A stretch of 64,000 nt of DNA. Source: Tubulanus polymorphus (lineage: Eukaryota; Animalia; Nemertea). Location of the stretch: the NCBI RefSeq assembly GCF_964204645.1, contig NC_134030.1:1223355-1287354 (forward strand), given 5' to 3'. Under the pieces are notes generated by a model. It worked only from the letters and a program-made list of their open reading frames with translations. It searched no databases and was not told the origin of the DNA. Positions 25,610-38,900 of this stretch are shown here, in pieces (within the stretch, counting starts at the first letter, position 1; each line of letters begins with the position of its first letter). The position numbers and the translations under genes are program-made.

Positions 25610-27350
25610 TCGCTGTTTTTGGGTAAGATCGCAGTTTTTAGGTAAGATCGCAGTTTTTAGGTTAGATCGCTGTTTTGAGGTTAGATCACCGTTTTTGGTT
25701 AGATTGCTGTTTTGTGTTAGATCACTTTTTTGTGTTAGATCGCTGTTTTGTGTTAGATCGCAGTTTTTAGGTTACATTGCAGTATTTGGGTTAGACCGCA
25801 GTTTTTTGTTAGATCGCAGTGTTTAAGTTAGATCGCTGTTTTGGGTTAGATCACAGCTTTTGTGTTAGATCGCTGTTTTAGGTTAGATTGCAGTTTTTAA
25901 GTTAGATCGTTGTTTTTAAGTTAGATTGCTGTTTTGGGTTAGATCACAGTTTTTGTGTTAGATCACAGTTTTTGGGTTAGATCGCTGTTTTGGGTTAGAT
26001 CACAGTTTTTGTGTTAGATAGCTTTTTTTAGGTTAGATTGCTGTTTGTGGGTTAGATCGCTGTTTTAGGTTAGATCACAGTTTTTGGGTTAGATCGCTGT
26101 TTTGGGTTAGATCACAGTTTTTGTGTTAGATCTGCTGTTTTTGGGTTAAATTGCTGTTTTTATGTTAGATCATTGTTTTTTGTGTTAGATCGCAGTTTTT
26201 AGGTTAGATCGCAGTTTTTGTGTTAGATCGCATTTTTGTGTTAGATCACTGGTTTTTTGTTAGATCGCAGTTTTTAGGTTAGATCGCTGTTTTTAGGTTA
26301 GATCGCTGTTTTGTGTTAGATTGCTGTTTTTAGGTTAGATCGCTGTTTTGTGTTAGATCGCTGTTTTTAGGTTATATCGCAGTTTTTGTGTTAGATCGCT
26401 GTTTTTGTGTTAGATAGCAGTTTTTAGGTTAGATCGCCGTTTTGGGTTAGATCAGTTTTTGTGTTAGATCGCAGCTTTTAGGTTAGATTGCTGTTTTTAG
26501 GTTAGATGCCTGTTTTTCTGTTAGATCCCTTTTTTTTCTTAGATCGCAGTATTTAGGTTAGATCGCTGTTTTTGAGTTAGATTGCTGTTTTTGAGTAAGA
26601 TCGCTGCTTTTGAGTTAGATCAATGTTTTTGGGTTAGATCGCTGTTTTTGGGTTAGATCGCTGTTTTTGGGTTAGATCGCTGTTTTTGGGTTAGATCGCT
26701 GTTTTTGAGTAAGATCGCTGCTTTTTGAGTAAGATCGCTGCTTTTTAGTTAGATCGATGTTTTTGGGTTAGATCGCTGTTTTTGAGTAAGATCGCTGCTT
26801 TTTAGTTAGATCGATGTTTTTGGGTTAGATCACTGTTTTTGGGTTAGATCGCTGTTTTTGTGTTAGATCGCTGTTTTTGTGTTAGATCGCTGTTTTTGGG
26901 TTAGATCGCTGTTTTTGTGTTAGATCGCTGTTTTTGGGTTAGATCGCTGTTTTTAGGTTAGATCGCTGTTTTTGTGTTAGATCGCTGTTTTGGGGTTAGA
27001 TCGCTGTTTTTGGGTTAGATCGCTGTTTTTGGGTTAGATCGCTGTTTTTGGGTTAGATCGCTGTTTTAGGTTAGATCGCTGTTTTTGAGTAAGATCGATG
27101 TTTTTGGGTTAGATCGCTGTTTTTGGGTTAGATCGCTGTTTTTGTGTTAGATCGCTGTTTTTGGGTTAGATCGCTGTTTTAGGTTAGATCGCTGTCTTTG
27201 GGTTAGATCGATGTTTTTGGGTTAGATCGCTGTTTTTGGGTTAGATCGCTGTTTTTGGGTTAGATCGCTGTTTTTGGGTTAGATCGCTGTTTTTGTGTAA
27301 GATCGCTGTTTTTGGGTTAGATCGCTGTTTTTGGGTTAGATCGCTGTCTT
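25610..27350. repeat. 18-19-bp satellite (gggttagatcgctgttttt), ~90 copies
   Basis: Tandem units; more homogeneous in the 3' half. Confidence 0.98.
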
Positions 27351-27405
27351 TGTGTTTTTGTCAATCATCATATCAAGATTTGCAATCCCAGTTGCCTTCA
27401 AGTTT

Positions 27406-28596
27406 CATATAGAGAATTAGTGGATGTGGTGTCCCTGGAACCCTACATGCACCATATAGAGAATTAGTGGATGTGGTGTCCCTGGACCCCTACATGCAAC
27501 ATATAGAGAATTAGTGGATGTGGTGTTCCTGGACCCCTACATGCACCATATAGAGAATTAGTGGATGTGGTGTCCCTGGACCCCTACATGCACCATATAG
27601 AGAATTAGTGGATGTGGTGTCCCTGGAACCCTACATGCACCATATAGAGAATTAGTGGATGTGGTGTCCCTGGACCCCTACATGCACCATATAGAGAATT
27701 AGTGGATGTGGTGTCCCTGGACCCCTACATGCACCATATAGAGAATTAGTGGATGTGGTGTCCCTGGACCCCTACATGCACCATATAGAGAATTAGTGGA
27801 TGTGGTGTCCCTGGACCCCTACAGGCACCATATAGAGAATTAGTGGATGTGGTGTCCCTGGACCCCTACATGCACCATATAGAGAATTAGTGGATGTGGT
27901 GTCCCTGGACCCCTACATGCACCATATAGAGAATTAGTGGATGTGGTGTCCCTGGACCCCTACATGCACCATATAGAGAATTAGTGGATGTGGTGTCCCT
28001 GGACCCCTACATGCATCATATAGAGAATTAGTGGATGTGGTGTCCCTGGACCCCTACATGCACCATATAGAGAATTAGTGGATGTGGTGTCCCTGGACCC
28101 CTACATGCACCATATAGAGAATTAGTGGATGTGGTGTCCCTGGACCCCTACATGCACCATATAGAGAATTAGTGGATGTGGTGTCCCTGGACCCCTACAT
28201 GCACCATATAGAGAATTAGTGGATGTGGTGTCCCTGGACCCCTACATGCACCATATAGAGAATTAGTGGATGTGGTGTCCCTGGACCCCTACATGCACCA
28301 TATAGAGAATTAGTGGATGTGGTGTCCCTGGACCCCTACATGCACCATATAGAGAATTAGTGGATGTGGTGTCCCTGGACCCCTACATGCACCATATAGA
28401 GAATTAGTGGATGTGGTGTCCCTGGACCCCTACATGTACCATATAGAGAATTAGTGGATGTGGTGTCCCTGGACCCCTACATGTACCATATAGAGAATTA
28501 GTGGATGTGGTGTTCCTGGATCCCTACATGCACCATATAGAGAATTAGTGGATGTGGTGTCCCTGGACCCCTACATGCACCATATAGAGAATTAGT
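27406..28596. repeat. 47-bp satellite in inverted orientation, ~25 copies
   Basis: Reverse complement of the 16588-17859 unit. Confidence 0.98.
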
Positions 28597-28667
28597 TCAC
28601 TGAACCAGAATAAGACTGACTGATATATTTTCAAATGATTTAATATTTTTACTTGTTTTTCTAGATA

Positions 28668-29905
28668 ATGCCAAAAGCTTTAAAGAAAACCCGGGGAGCG
28701 GGCCCCTCACATTCAAGCCCGTATAATAAAGTAAGTACAAATTTACTGCTTCCATGCTTATTTATTCATCCCATACTTAGTATTTTGTACCCCTGGGTCC
28801 AGTTTCACAAAAAGGATAAACGCCTTAATCGATTTAAGATAAACTGAATTAATGAAGAAATTAAATCGATTTAAGAGTTAAACCTGTTTGTGAAACTAGG
28901 CCCTGAATTGCATCTAGAATGAAAAAAAGAAAAAAAAATATTGAATATAACGTTGGTGAAATATTTCTGGATCTTTCTGGATTTCTGCTCAATGCATCGT
29001 TTAGTAAAATATCGATATTCTCTAAAAGTAAAGATATAAGAATAAAAATATTGTATTGAATCGTGATTAGTTACTGTATGCGCTGCTAGTTGTTGCCCAA
29101 CCCATAGCCTCATTTCTCTCCATTCTAAATTTGCATTGTTTAACATTGTCTGGTCGCTATGGAAACTATTTATTTAAGTTTCTTTGTTGTATCCATGGCA
29201 ACAGTAACGTTTAGGTAGTGGCACCAATTATGGGTCCCAACGTTCCCATGGCGATACATGAGAACATTTATCCTATTTTTGACCTTCATGACGTAAGATG
29301 GTAGTGAGTCGATGACGTCATTTTCGTCTCACCACTAATGAAAAAAAAAATGAAATGAAAAAAAAGGAAGAAATCGTTAGAATTACGTTTATAAAATTTT
29401 TCTGGATCGGCTAAATGTATTGTTCCATTAAATATCGACATTCTCTAAAATTATAGGCATCAATATCAAAATGATGATACAGCAGACTCCGCTTAACTCT
29501 GTTCTATTTGGACCATTAATTAACCGAATACCAACTTTTTAAAATTTTAGGATTTTAACTTTAAGGATCAGAAAATGTGTATGCAATTTCAACCGGGTAC
29601 CGAGTAGGGTGGCCGAGTCTACTGTAGTCTGCTGCCCCCTCGAATCCATTACCTTATTATCTCTAAATTTGCATTGTTTGACCTCGTCTGGTTGCTATGG
29701 AAACTATTTAGTTATATCAGGAACGGTTTTTTCGAGGTAACCAGTGGCAACATTTAACAGGCGTGTCCGTCCTAGAGATAAACTGTCTGATTTCACAGCC
29801 ACATCCGTCCTGGAGATAAACTGTTAGATAAACTCTGATTTCGCGTCTGTCCTATTTCTTGTCATTGTATGAATATGTTTTCTCTTTTATAGGGTACAGC
29901 GCAGC

Positions 29906-29936
<31 letters not shown>

Positions 29937-32900
29937 GCAACAACAACAACAAAAATTCAATATTTCTATGTCGGGAATAGACGTAAGTTATCGTAAACGC
30001 CTGTTTGAAGTCATCATTCTTGAGCTTGAAACCGAAATTTATATTATAGAATATTAAACCCTGCTTCTGCTACTGACAGGTAATGTCCGTCATACATTAC
30101 TGCATCGTCAAATCTATACCAGGGTGCACCCAGGCAGATCGTTCGCATCATCACATGCAAAGGGCTGATTATTTTGGAACCCAGTTTTTATCAGCTGGAA
30201 CATTCTGCACATTCGACCATATTGATTGATAGCCCGTTATAGACGAGTGGAGAAAAACTGAAAAACCAGTTCGGAAAAACTTCGATTGATTTCACTCACA
30301 TTTACAGAAATTTGGTCCGACCCCAAAACCATTTACTTACACTATACAAATCAGATCAGGTTTTTAACATTGTCTTTGATTGTATTTTCAGTTTTTGCCG
30401 ACAACGCCACCGAGTGGTGTACCGCCTTCTACACCGGTAAGTGATAACTATTTTCTAATAAATCACGCTTATTTCAATCTGTAATTTGAAAATAGAGGGT
30501 AGTAGCTGTTATGTATAAATTATGCTAATTAGGAATAAATTCAAATTCGATTAAGTCTCATCATCGTAGAAGTCATATATTAATGATGCTATCTCTAAAG
30601 TTGTCATTTAAATTAAGTGTTATATTTACTACTTCATTTGCTTCATGACCCAAAAACCTCTACTATATAACTACTGGTTTTGTTCTAATCTTGGAGAATT
30701 TGCTGCAAAATTTACTTATCATTTGTTTAACAGTTTTTATTGAAAACCTGAATCAGTGATACATGCATTCATGAATATCCATCTAATATTTTGTTTTATT
30801 TTATCTTTACAGGATTTATCACCGATACAGCACATGGACGTAAGAGATTAAACATTGATCTTGAATTTTAAGTTCAAACTAATTTATTTTTTTATCTCAC
30901 TCGGGACTATAGTTATTGCGTTCACTTTGCGTCCAGTTGTCTCGGCTAGTTTTTGATTTATCGTGTTGATAATTGGTTTATATACTCAAACTCAAAATAT
31001 CGGCGCAATTGGAATTAAGATGGCGCACTTGTATGTCCATTTTTTTCCCCGGCAAAATTAGCACTTTAGCAGATTTTAAGGATCAATTCTGTTGTTATAT
31101 TACATTGAAATCAGAGTTTAATATATATCGGTATAGAGCAGGTTTTTGCTCTAGTTATAAATAAAGTTATAAATAATCTCATGACATGTTCTGTATATGT
31201 GTAGTGAGTTTCAATGTCTTTGGTTCCTTTTAAACCAGGGGGAGTTAAATTTGAAAATGTCAGATCGTCGAGCATTTCAGACCGCTTCCAAAGTGGGTCC
31301 CTGCACCCCTAGTTATACCGTTAATATTTTAATAATATATTGATATACCATACATTGATATCGGTCTTGTAATTGGATCAACAACCATGAGATCAAAACA
31401 CAGCAAATATGAACCTGCTGTGAATCAATAGATTTGTGATAAATGTAATGAAATTGTTATTTTTCATATTGACTTTTTGAGTTAAGGGTCTGTTGTATAA
31501 GAGTATTTGGTCTCGCGTGTCAATGTATGATATCAATCTGTATTTCCTCGTTCCAATGTTTAAAAGGTGTTCGTCACCTTATATTAATAAACTACTTTTA
31601 CCGTTAGATGGCGCCATAAGTGTGATATTTGATTTATGGGATACCCGCAAAACCAGCTATTCCACCAGATGGCGCAACGAGTAGTAGGTCGTTCGTTGTC
31701 AGAATTAGTTCATTTTCGATGAACTTTGAACTGGTTTGAAGAAGAAATACTTTCATTCTTCTACTCTGATATCGGTTTAGTTTTCATTAATAATTGATTC
31801 ATTTAAGAGAACAATTCATTCAGATTTAATTGAAATGTACAAGAAAATCGAACGCAGACGACCAACTATTTACTAGCGACACCTGGTGGATCCTCGCCTG
31901 CCATAAGTGGAATCCTCGATTGCTACAGTAAGACTGCGGGTATCCCATTGTTTGGCGTGTGAAGTAAAGTAAAGTTAGAAAACGGATGTTTAACTTTGTT
32001 GTGAAACGAAAGCGTTTTGGAGATTTTTAAACCAATCAAATCAATATTTTGATATTACGCTTGAAACCCTTCCCACTCATATTCTACTTACTAAGTATAT
32101 ATTCTTGTTTCCGTGGAAATCATGGTGAGTGGCGCCATCTATACAGTGGAGTTAGCTTTATAAATCGAGCTTGCTTCGACAAGTGGCTCCATCTATTCCC
32201 TAATACTGAAGCGAGGTAACCAGCAGCGCCCTCATATACAGGAAATGAACGCCTATCAAGTTTAACAATGCACGGTGTATTGACCACAGCGACAGGTGAT
32301 AATTATATCAATGTTGCTTAGCTATTGCCATAGACAGGTCCGTAGCGTTTGACTGGACCAGAACGGGGCCCCCTAACCAAAACAAATTTTGAAAACGTGC
32401 CCAGATAAATTGCCTCTGGGAGATTGATTTAACGAGGTTTTGATTAAATGAACAAATTTTAATATTTGTAAGTTTAACATTTCTGTTTTTAATTTTTCTT
32501 TGCGAGGAACTGAATTTTCGAACCCCCCCGAACCGCCTCAAGCTACGTTCCTGATATAGTGCTAGCTATACCTGAATACTTTTCTCTTATTGAAATTGTC
32601 TAAAAAACCAGCACCTTGAACTAATGAACGTCATAATGAAAATGTTTAAAAATTCAACCGTTAATGAATTTGACTAATGTATTTTTTTTATTTTCATTTC
32701 TAGCATCAGTTTGCCTCAGAGGCAAGGTCGCCGTCGCTTAATGTAAGTATCAGTGACGCCCTCAATCTCACATGCCTCACTTCCCTCCTAATGTAACCAT
32801 TTTTATGAAATTCCTCAAGAAAATATATACTAGTAATCTTAGAATACACGTTTTTGTACCCAGACCCCTTCATTCTACTGAACTACCGTGTAATAAGTGC

Positions 32901-35900
32901 CTGTTGTGTTCATTTTCTGTTGCATTGATTTATATATTATTTCTATTTACAGTTGTCAAACAACAGCAGCAGCAGCAACAGCAGCAGCAGCGCACCCCTC
33001 CCGCCGGAGACGCCTCCCGACTTGCAAGCAAGAAGTAAGTTCAGTCTTCAAATACAATTTCAACGCATTCAATTTTTTGTATGGCGTTAAAACGGTTAAA
33101 GTTGTGACTAGTTTTCATAACTCCGTGACGTCATATTTCCATCGAGTACCGGACCCTTTCCTATGTTTTTTGCCAATTTGGATTGAATGATCGCCAGCGG
33201 TTTTTCTATACGACCCGGCTCTGCTGTATTGCATTTAGCCATCCTTTTTCTTGGCGTTTTTATAAGAAGGTGTTTGATTTTGTCTCTAAGGGATTTAGGA
33301 ATTTAAGAGACACTTGTACTTTCTATGCAGTGAGTTTGTTCTGTTTTTGTTCCCTCGTGAATTTTATTTTTGTTTGAATCAAATCAAATCAGTGCATCTT
33401 TCTTGAATTGCGTGTATGTTATAATATTATGTAAGTTATAACGTTAAAATATCTGTTATATTTAAACCGAATATTTAATTGTTGTATTTTGAATGCGATA
33501 ATGCCGCTACCTGCTAAAGTCCAGCGTCGTCATCGTGAGGGATGCGGTCATCTGTTCGGGCCCTGATTACGTTCTGTGTTCATCCTGTTGGGCTACATCG
33601 GGCGTTATATGAGTTAATCCTTCCTCGACTTGCGGATTGTGGTCGGAAGATCTATGGGTTCGGGCCGATAAGTCCCGGAAACAGAAAGTACAGTTTCTGC
33701 CGATGTGCCCATTGATGTCTCTATTTCAGAACATCACAGCGGTCGCCGGCTGTACAAGCACGGTCGGCTTCCCAACTCCTTTCTCTGAGGAGGATCGCTG
33801 GTTCTCTAGTAACGGTCAGTCACCAGTCAATCAACGGTTCAGCTGGTTCAGTTTCCCAGGTATCGGCGCGCGACAGTCGGGATACCTGCACAGGAACTCA
33901 GGTCCGGTCCGGGCTACTCCGAGCACCGGTCCGGTCCAGGCCTCACTGGGTAATGAACATCTGGTCCGGTCCGGGCGGCTTCGAGCACCGGTCCGGTCCA
34001 GGCATCACCAGATACTGAACATCCTGTCCAGTCAGCTCCGTGCACCGGTCCGGTCCAGGCATCACCGGGTACTGAACATCTGGTCCGGTAGCTTCGAGAA
34101 CTGGTCCGGTCCAGGCATCACCGGATACTGAACATCCTGTCCGGTCAGCTCCGTGCACCGGTCCGGTCCAGGCATCACCGGATACTGAACATCTGGTCCG
34201 GTCAGCTTTGAGAACCGGTCCAGGCATCACTGGGTACTGAACATCTGGTCCGGTAGCTTCGAGAACTGGTCCGGTCCAGGTATCACTGGGTACTGAACAT
34301 CTGGTCCGGTAGCTTCGAGAACTGGCCTGGTCCAGGCATCACCGGGTACTGAACATCTGGTCCGGTCAGCTCTGTGCACCGGTCCGGTCCAGGCATCACC
34401 AGTTACTGGTCCGGTCCGGGCAGCTTTGAGCACCAGTCCATTCCAGGCATCACTGAGTACTGAACATCCAGTCTGGTCCGGTCCAGGCAACACCGGGTAC
34501 TGATCATCCAGTCCGGTCCGGTCCAGGCATCACTGGGTACTGAACATCTGCTCCGGTAGCTTCGAGAACTGGTCCGGTCCAGGCATCACCGGGTACTGAA
34601 CATCTGGTCCGGTAGCTTCGAGAACTGGTCCGGTCCAGGCATCACCGGGTACTGAACATCTGGTCCGGTAGCTTCGAGAACTGGTCCGGTCCAGGCATCA
34701 CCGGGTACTGAACATCTGGTCCGGTAGCTTCGAGAACTGGTCCGGTCCAGGCATCACTGAGTACTGAACATCCAGTCTGGTCCGGTCCAGGCATCACCGG
34801 GTACTGATCATCCAGTCCGGTCCGGTCCAGGCATCACCGGGTACTGAACATCCAGTCTGGTCCGGTCCAGGCATCACCAGTTACTGAACATCCAGTCCGG
34901 TCCGGTCCAGGCATCACTGGGTACTGAACATCCAGTCCGGTCCGGTCCAGGCATCACCGGGTTCTGATCATCCAGTCCGGTCCGGTCCAGGCATCACCGG
35001 GTACTGAACATCCAGTCCGGTCAGCTCCGTGCACCGGTCCGGTCCAGGCATCACTGGGTACTGAACATCCAGTCCGGTCCGGTCCAGGCATCACTGGGTA
35101 CTGAACATCCAGTCTGGTCCGGTCCAGGCATCACCGGGTACTGAACATCCAGTCTGGTCCGGTCCAGGCATCACTGGGTACTGAACATCCAGTCTGGTCC
35201 GGTCCAGGCATCACCGGGTACTGAACATCCAGTCTGGTCCGGTCCAGGCATCACTGGGTACTGAACATCCGGTCCGGTCCGGTCCGGTCCAGGCATCACC
35301 GGGTACTGAACATCCAGTCCGGTCCAGTCCAGGCATCACCGGGTACTGAACAGGGTTCGTCGCGGTGCTTGAAAAGCTTGAAATGGCTTGAATTTGAAAA
35401 ATACTACTCAAGCGCTTGAAAACAGCTTGAAAATAGATCGAAAGCTTGAAATAATTATTTTTGACTTGAAATAAAAAGTTATGGCTTGAAATGCTTGATT
35501 ATCACAAATTTTCTTCTTCGCGAATTTTTTTCGATGAAATCGCAGACAGAATATGTTCTTGAGTTGTTTCTACGCGTGCGTCATGTTTTAGGCATCAATA
35601 AAGAAATTAATTGAATTGTATTGAATCGCTATGAGGCTCTTGTGGTGAAACTCTACGGTGTCTGGAGACATGAACATACGGGGAAATTTCAGTCATGCAT
35701 GTTATCGAGCATTGATGTAAAATGGCATTGAAATCCCACACCAGGAGTGAGAGCCATGTTGAAGGCACCGCGACCTAGTCAAAGTCATTGAACATTACAA
35801 ATTTCGTATTAGGCCATACAAAAATCAAGGTCTGTTTGCCGTCATCCGACCGACCCGACTTCAAAGGTACCCAGTGGAAACTTTTTTCTTGGATTCATTG

Positions 35901-38900
35901 AAATAAATTGTATTTTTGATACAAATGGCCGACCCACTGCCGATGTATGAGCTATGTATGTTTGAAGTTAAGTGTGCATCATGTGAAAACATGCCTCGAC
36001 TATTTACTTGAAGTTTTCCAGGAAACTGGCAGTGTTCCAATAAGCTGCCATTCATTCTAAAGCTGGTAATGTTATAGCGTGCATATATTCAATCTACTGT
36101 TTCATTTTGAACGCAGATTTCGGATGTTGTTTCCGCTAAAAGTGGTGATGATAAATTTGTTGTTTTTTTTTGCCCCAAAATTTTGCAAAAAAAATGATGC
36201 TACCTTCCTACTGACTTATCCCAAAAATTTTAGTAGGTGTAACGGCAAAACAGACAATTAATTTGGGATGGCCAAATATCCAAATCTTGATTGATATGAA
36301 TATTTAAGCTAGGAAATGCTGAAAATCATTGTGATGAACAGGTTTCATCTCTAACAGAATCGTATCAACTCGGAGGTTCCACTGGAATCAAAATTTTACC
36401 TCTTTTTTAACATTTTTATACGAACCTGTTCAAAATAGGCAAATTGGCTGCGACTAACGAAAATTGCTTCCAACGTGCCTTAAAAAATAGCTTGAAAATG
36501 GTATAAATCTAGCTTGAAATGGCTTGAATTTCACTTGAGCTTGAGACAATGAACCCTGCTGAACATCTGGTCCGGTCAGCTTCCAGCACCGGTCCGGTCC
36601 AGGCATCACCGGTTACTGAACATCCGGTCCGGTCAGCTTCCAGCACCGGTCCAGGCATCACCAGGTACTGAACATCCGGTCCGGTCAGCTTCCAGCACCG
36701 GTCCGGTCCAGGCATCACCGGTTACTGGTCCGGTCCGGGCAGCTTTGAGCACCGGTCCGGTCCAGGCATCACTGAGTACTGAACATCCAGTCCGGTCCGG
36801 TCAGCTCCGAGCACCGGTCCAGGCATCACCAGGTACTGAACATCTGGTCTGGTCCGGGCGGCCTGGCATCAATGTTTCGAATTTAAAACATAGTTATCAT
36901 GGTTCTAGGTTTGGTAGAGGGCGCTCTTCTACCAGATGCAGGAGCGAGGTCACCTTCACGGAGATCGAGATCGAGGGATTATGATTGATTCTGTAGGAAC
37001 CATCATCATTCATCAGTTCAGGTCGAGGGACCGTTTAGGAAGTTCACGTCTTTGACGTCGAGGGACCGTTTAGGAAGTTCACGTCTTTCACGTCGAGGGA
37101 CCGTTTAGGAAGTTCACGTCTTTCACGTCGAGGGACCGTTTAGGAAGTTCACGTCTTTCACGTCGAGGGACCGTTTAGGAAGTTCACGTCTTTCACGTCG
37201 AGGGACCGTTTAGGAAGTTCACGTCTTTCACGTCGAGGGACCGTTAAGGAAGTCGTCACAATAATCAGGATTTCCGCGATTTCGAAAGTCAGATTTTAAA
37301 CTTGTTATTGTCATTGTAAGCTACCGCAGTTACAGGTAAGCCTATTCTTGATTGCCCGAGACAGGCGTGCAGATATTGTTCCCGACTTAAGTTTTTGGTT
37401 GATTTTCTTGTGACTTGTTTGTTTTAGGGGTGAGATGGATGAGCCTTATTGTTTTTTGACATATATAGGTCATCCAAGATGGCCGCCACAGCCATTTCAA
37501 TGTGTGAAATAGCCATTTTGAAGCTTGTGACAACTCTACAATCTACAGTTTCAGACCAATTTACCAATTACTTATTCTGTGGTTTCATAATGGTAGGAGA
37601 ATGAGCCTTATTGTTTTTGACATATATAGGTCATCCAAGAAGGCCGCCACAGCCATTTAAATGTGTGAAATAGCCATTTTGAAGCTTGTGACAACTCTAC
37701 AATCTACAGTTTCAGACCAATTTACCAATTACTTATTCTGTGGTTTCATAATGGTAAGAGGATGAGCCTTATTGTTTTTGACATATATAGGTCATCCAAG
37801 ATGGCCGCCACAGCCATTTCAATGTGTGAAATAGCCATTTTGAAGCTTGTTACCGCTCTACGGACTTAAGTTTTAAGCTTAAGACTTAAGATGGCCACCA
37901 CAGTTATATCAATGTGTTAAATCTTATCCGATTTGGAGCTTGTTACTGCTCTAAGATGTAGAGGTTTAGAGGTTTATAATTTCATTCATACTTGTACTGT
38001 GGTTTATTTATGGTGGTCAGAGGATGAGACCTATTACAATTTGCATTCTCTACTTGACTCACTGGTCAACGGTTAATATCTAGTTTGATAAATGTGGAGC
38101 ATGTCGGTGAATCATCCCCCCCCCTCCCCCGGACTCTGATCTCAATGTCTGATGTCAATCGTCAGCAGTTTCAATGGAATAGGCTCGATTAGGTGTGGAA
38201 CAAGTGGAATCCTCGATTGCCACAGTCAAACCTAAAGTATTAAGAGCTCAATTAGGTTCTTCTTTGCGTCTCTTCTCCGGTTGGAGTGCTCCAGTTTCCA
38301 CCGAATGGAGGAAGATTCGAGATGTGCAGATTCAAGTCCACCATGCGGACTCCGGCTCCGGCTCCGGCAGCTCAAGGTTCAGCCCGAACTCACACAATGC
38401 CATCTCAAGCATCCGTACTTTCTCAAGCGGCTACTAATGCTGTTTGGAGAACAAGTGCACAGCTCCAACATTCTCGTGCCCCTTCTGGTCAGAATAATTC
38501 TAGTTCATATCGGGGAATGCTCCTAAAAGGAGTTCTTCCTCTCGGAGAAACTCAAAATGAATGCTCGGGGCCAGTGAGAGGTTGTCTATAACGAGCAGCC
38601 ACCTACTGATCCGGCGTTCCCGGGTCGTATCACGGCGGCTACTGTCTTCAATTCTGAACACCTCCCGACATGCGCCCGAAAGCAGGTCACGAGACACTAA
38701 TCTCGTTAGCTCTCAAAGATCTGGCCAAAAAGAGAGCAATAGAACCAGTACGGGACGAAGCCACATCCGGCTGGTTTTCATGAATATTTATGCTCCTGAA
38801 GACCACAGGGCGTCGATGGACTGTCATTCCTCGAGTGGCACCTGGATATCCCGAGGCTTCCGATGACTAAAACAGGGAGGTAATTCAAGGTCTCCGTCGA

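Noticed and set aside
25610-27350. True telomere or interstitial telomeric array
   Set aside because: No consecutive TTAGGG runs; only one hexamer per 19-bp unit
33637-36984. ORFs in the ccggt minisatellite
   Set aside because: Repeat-derived, inside a decayed DIRS element
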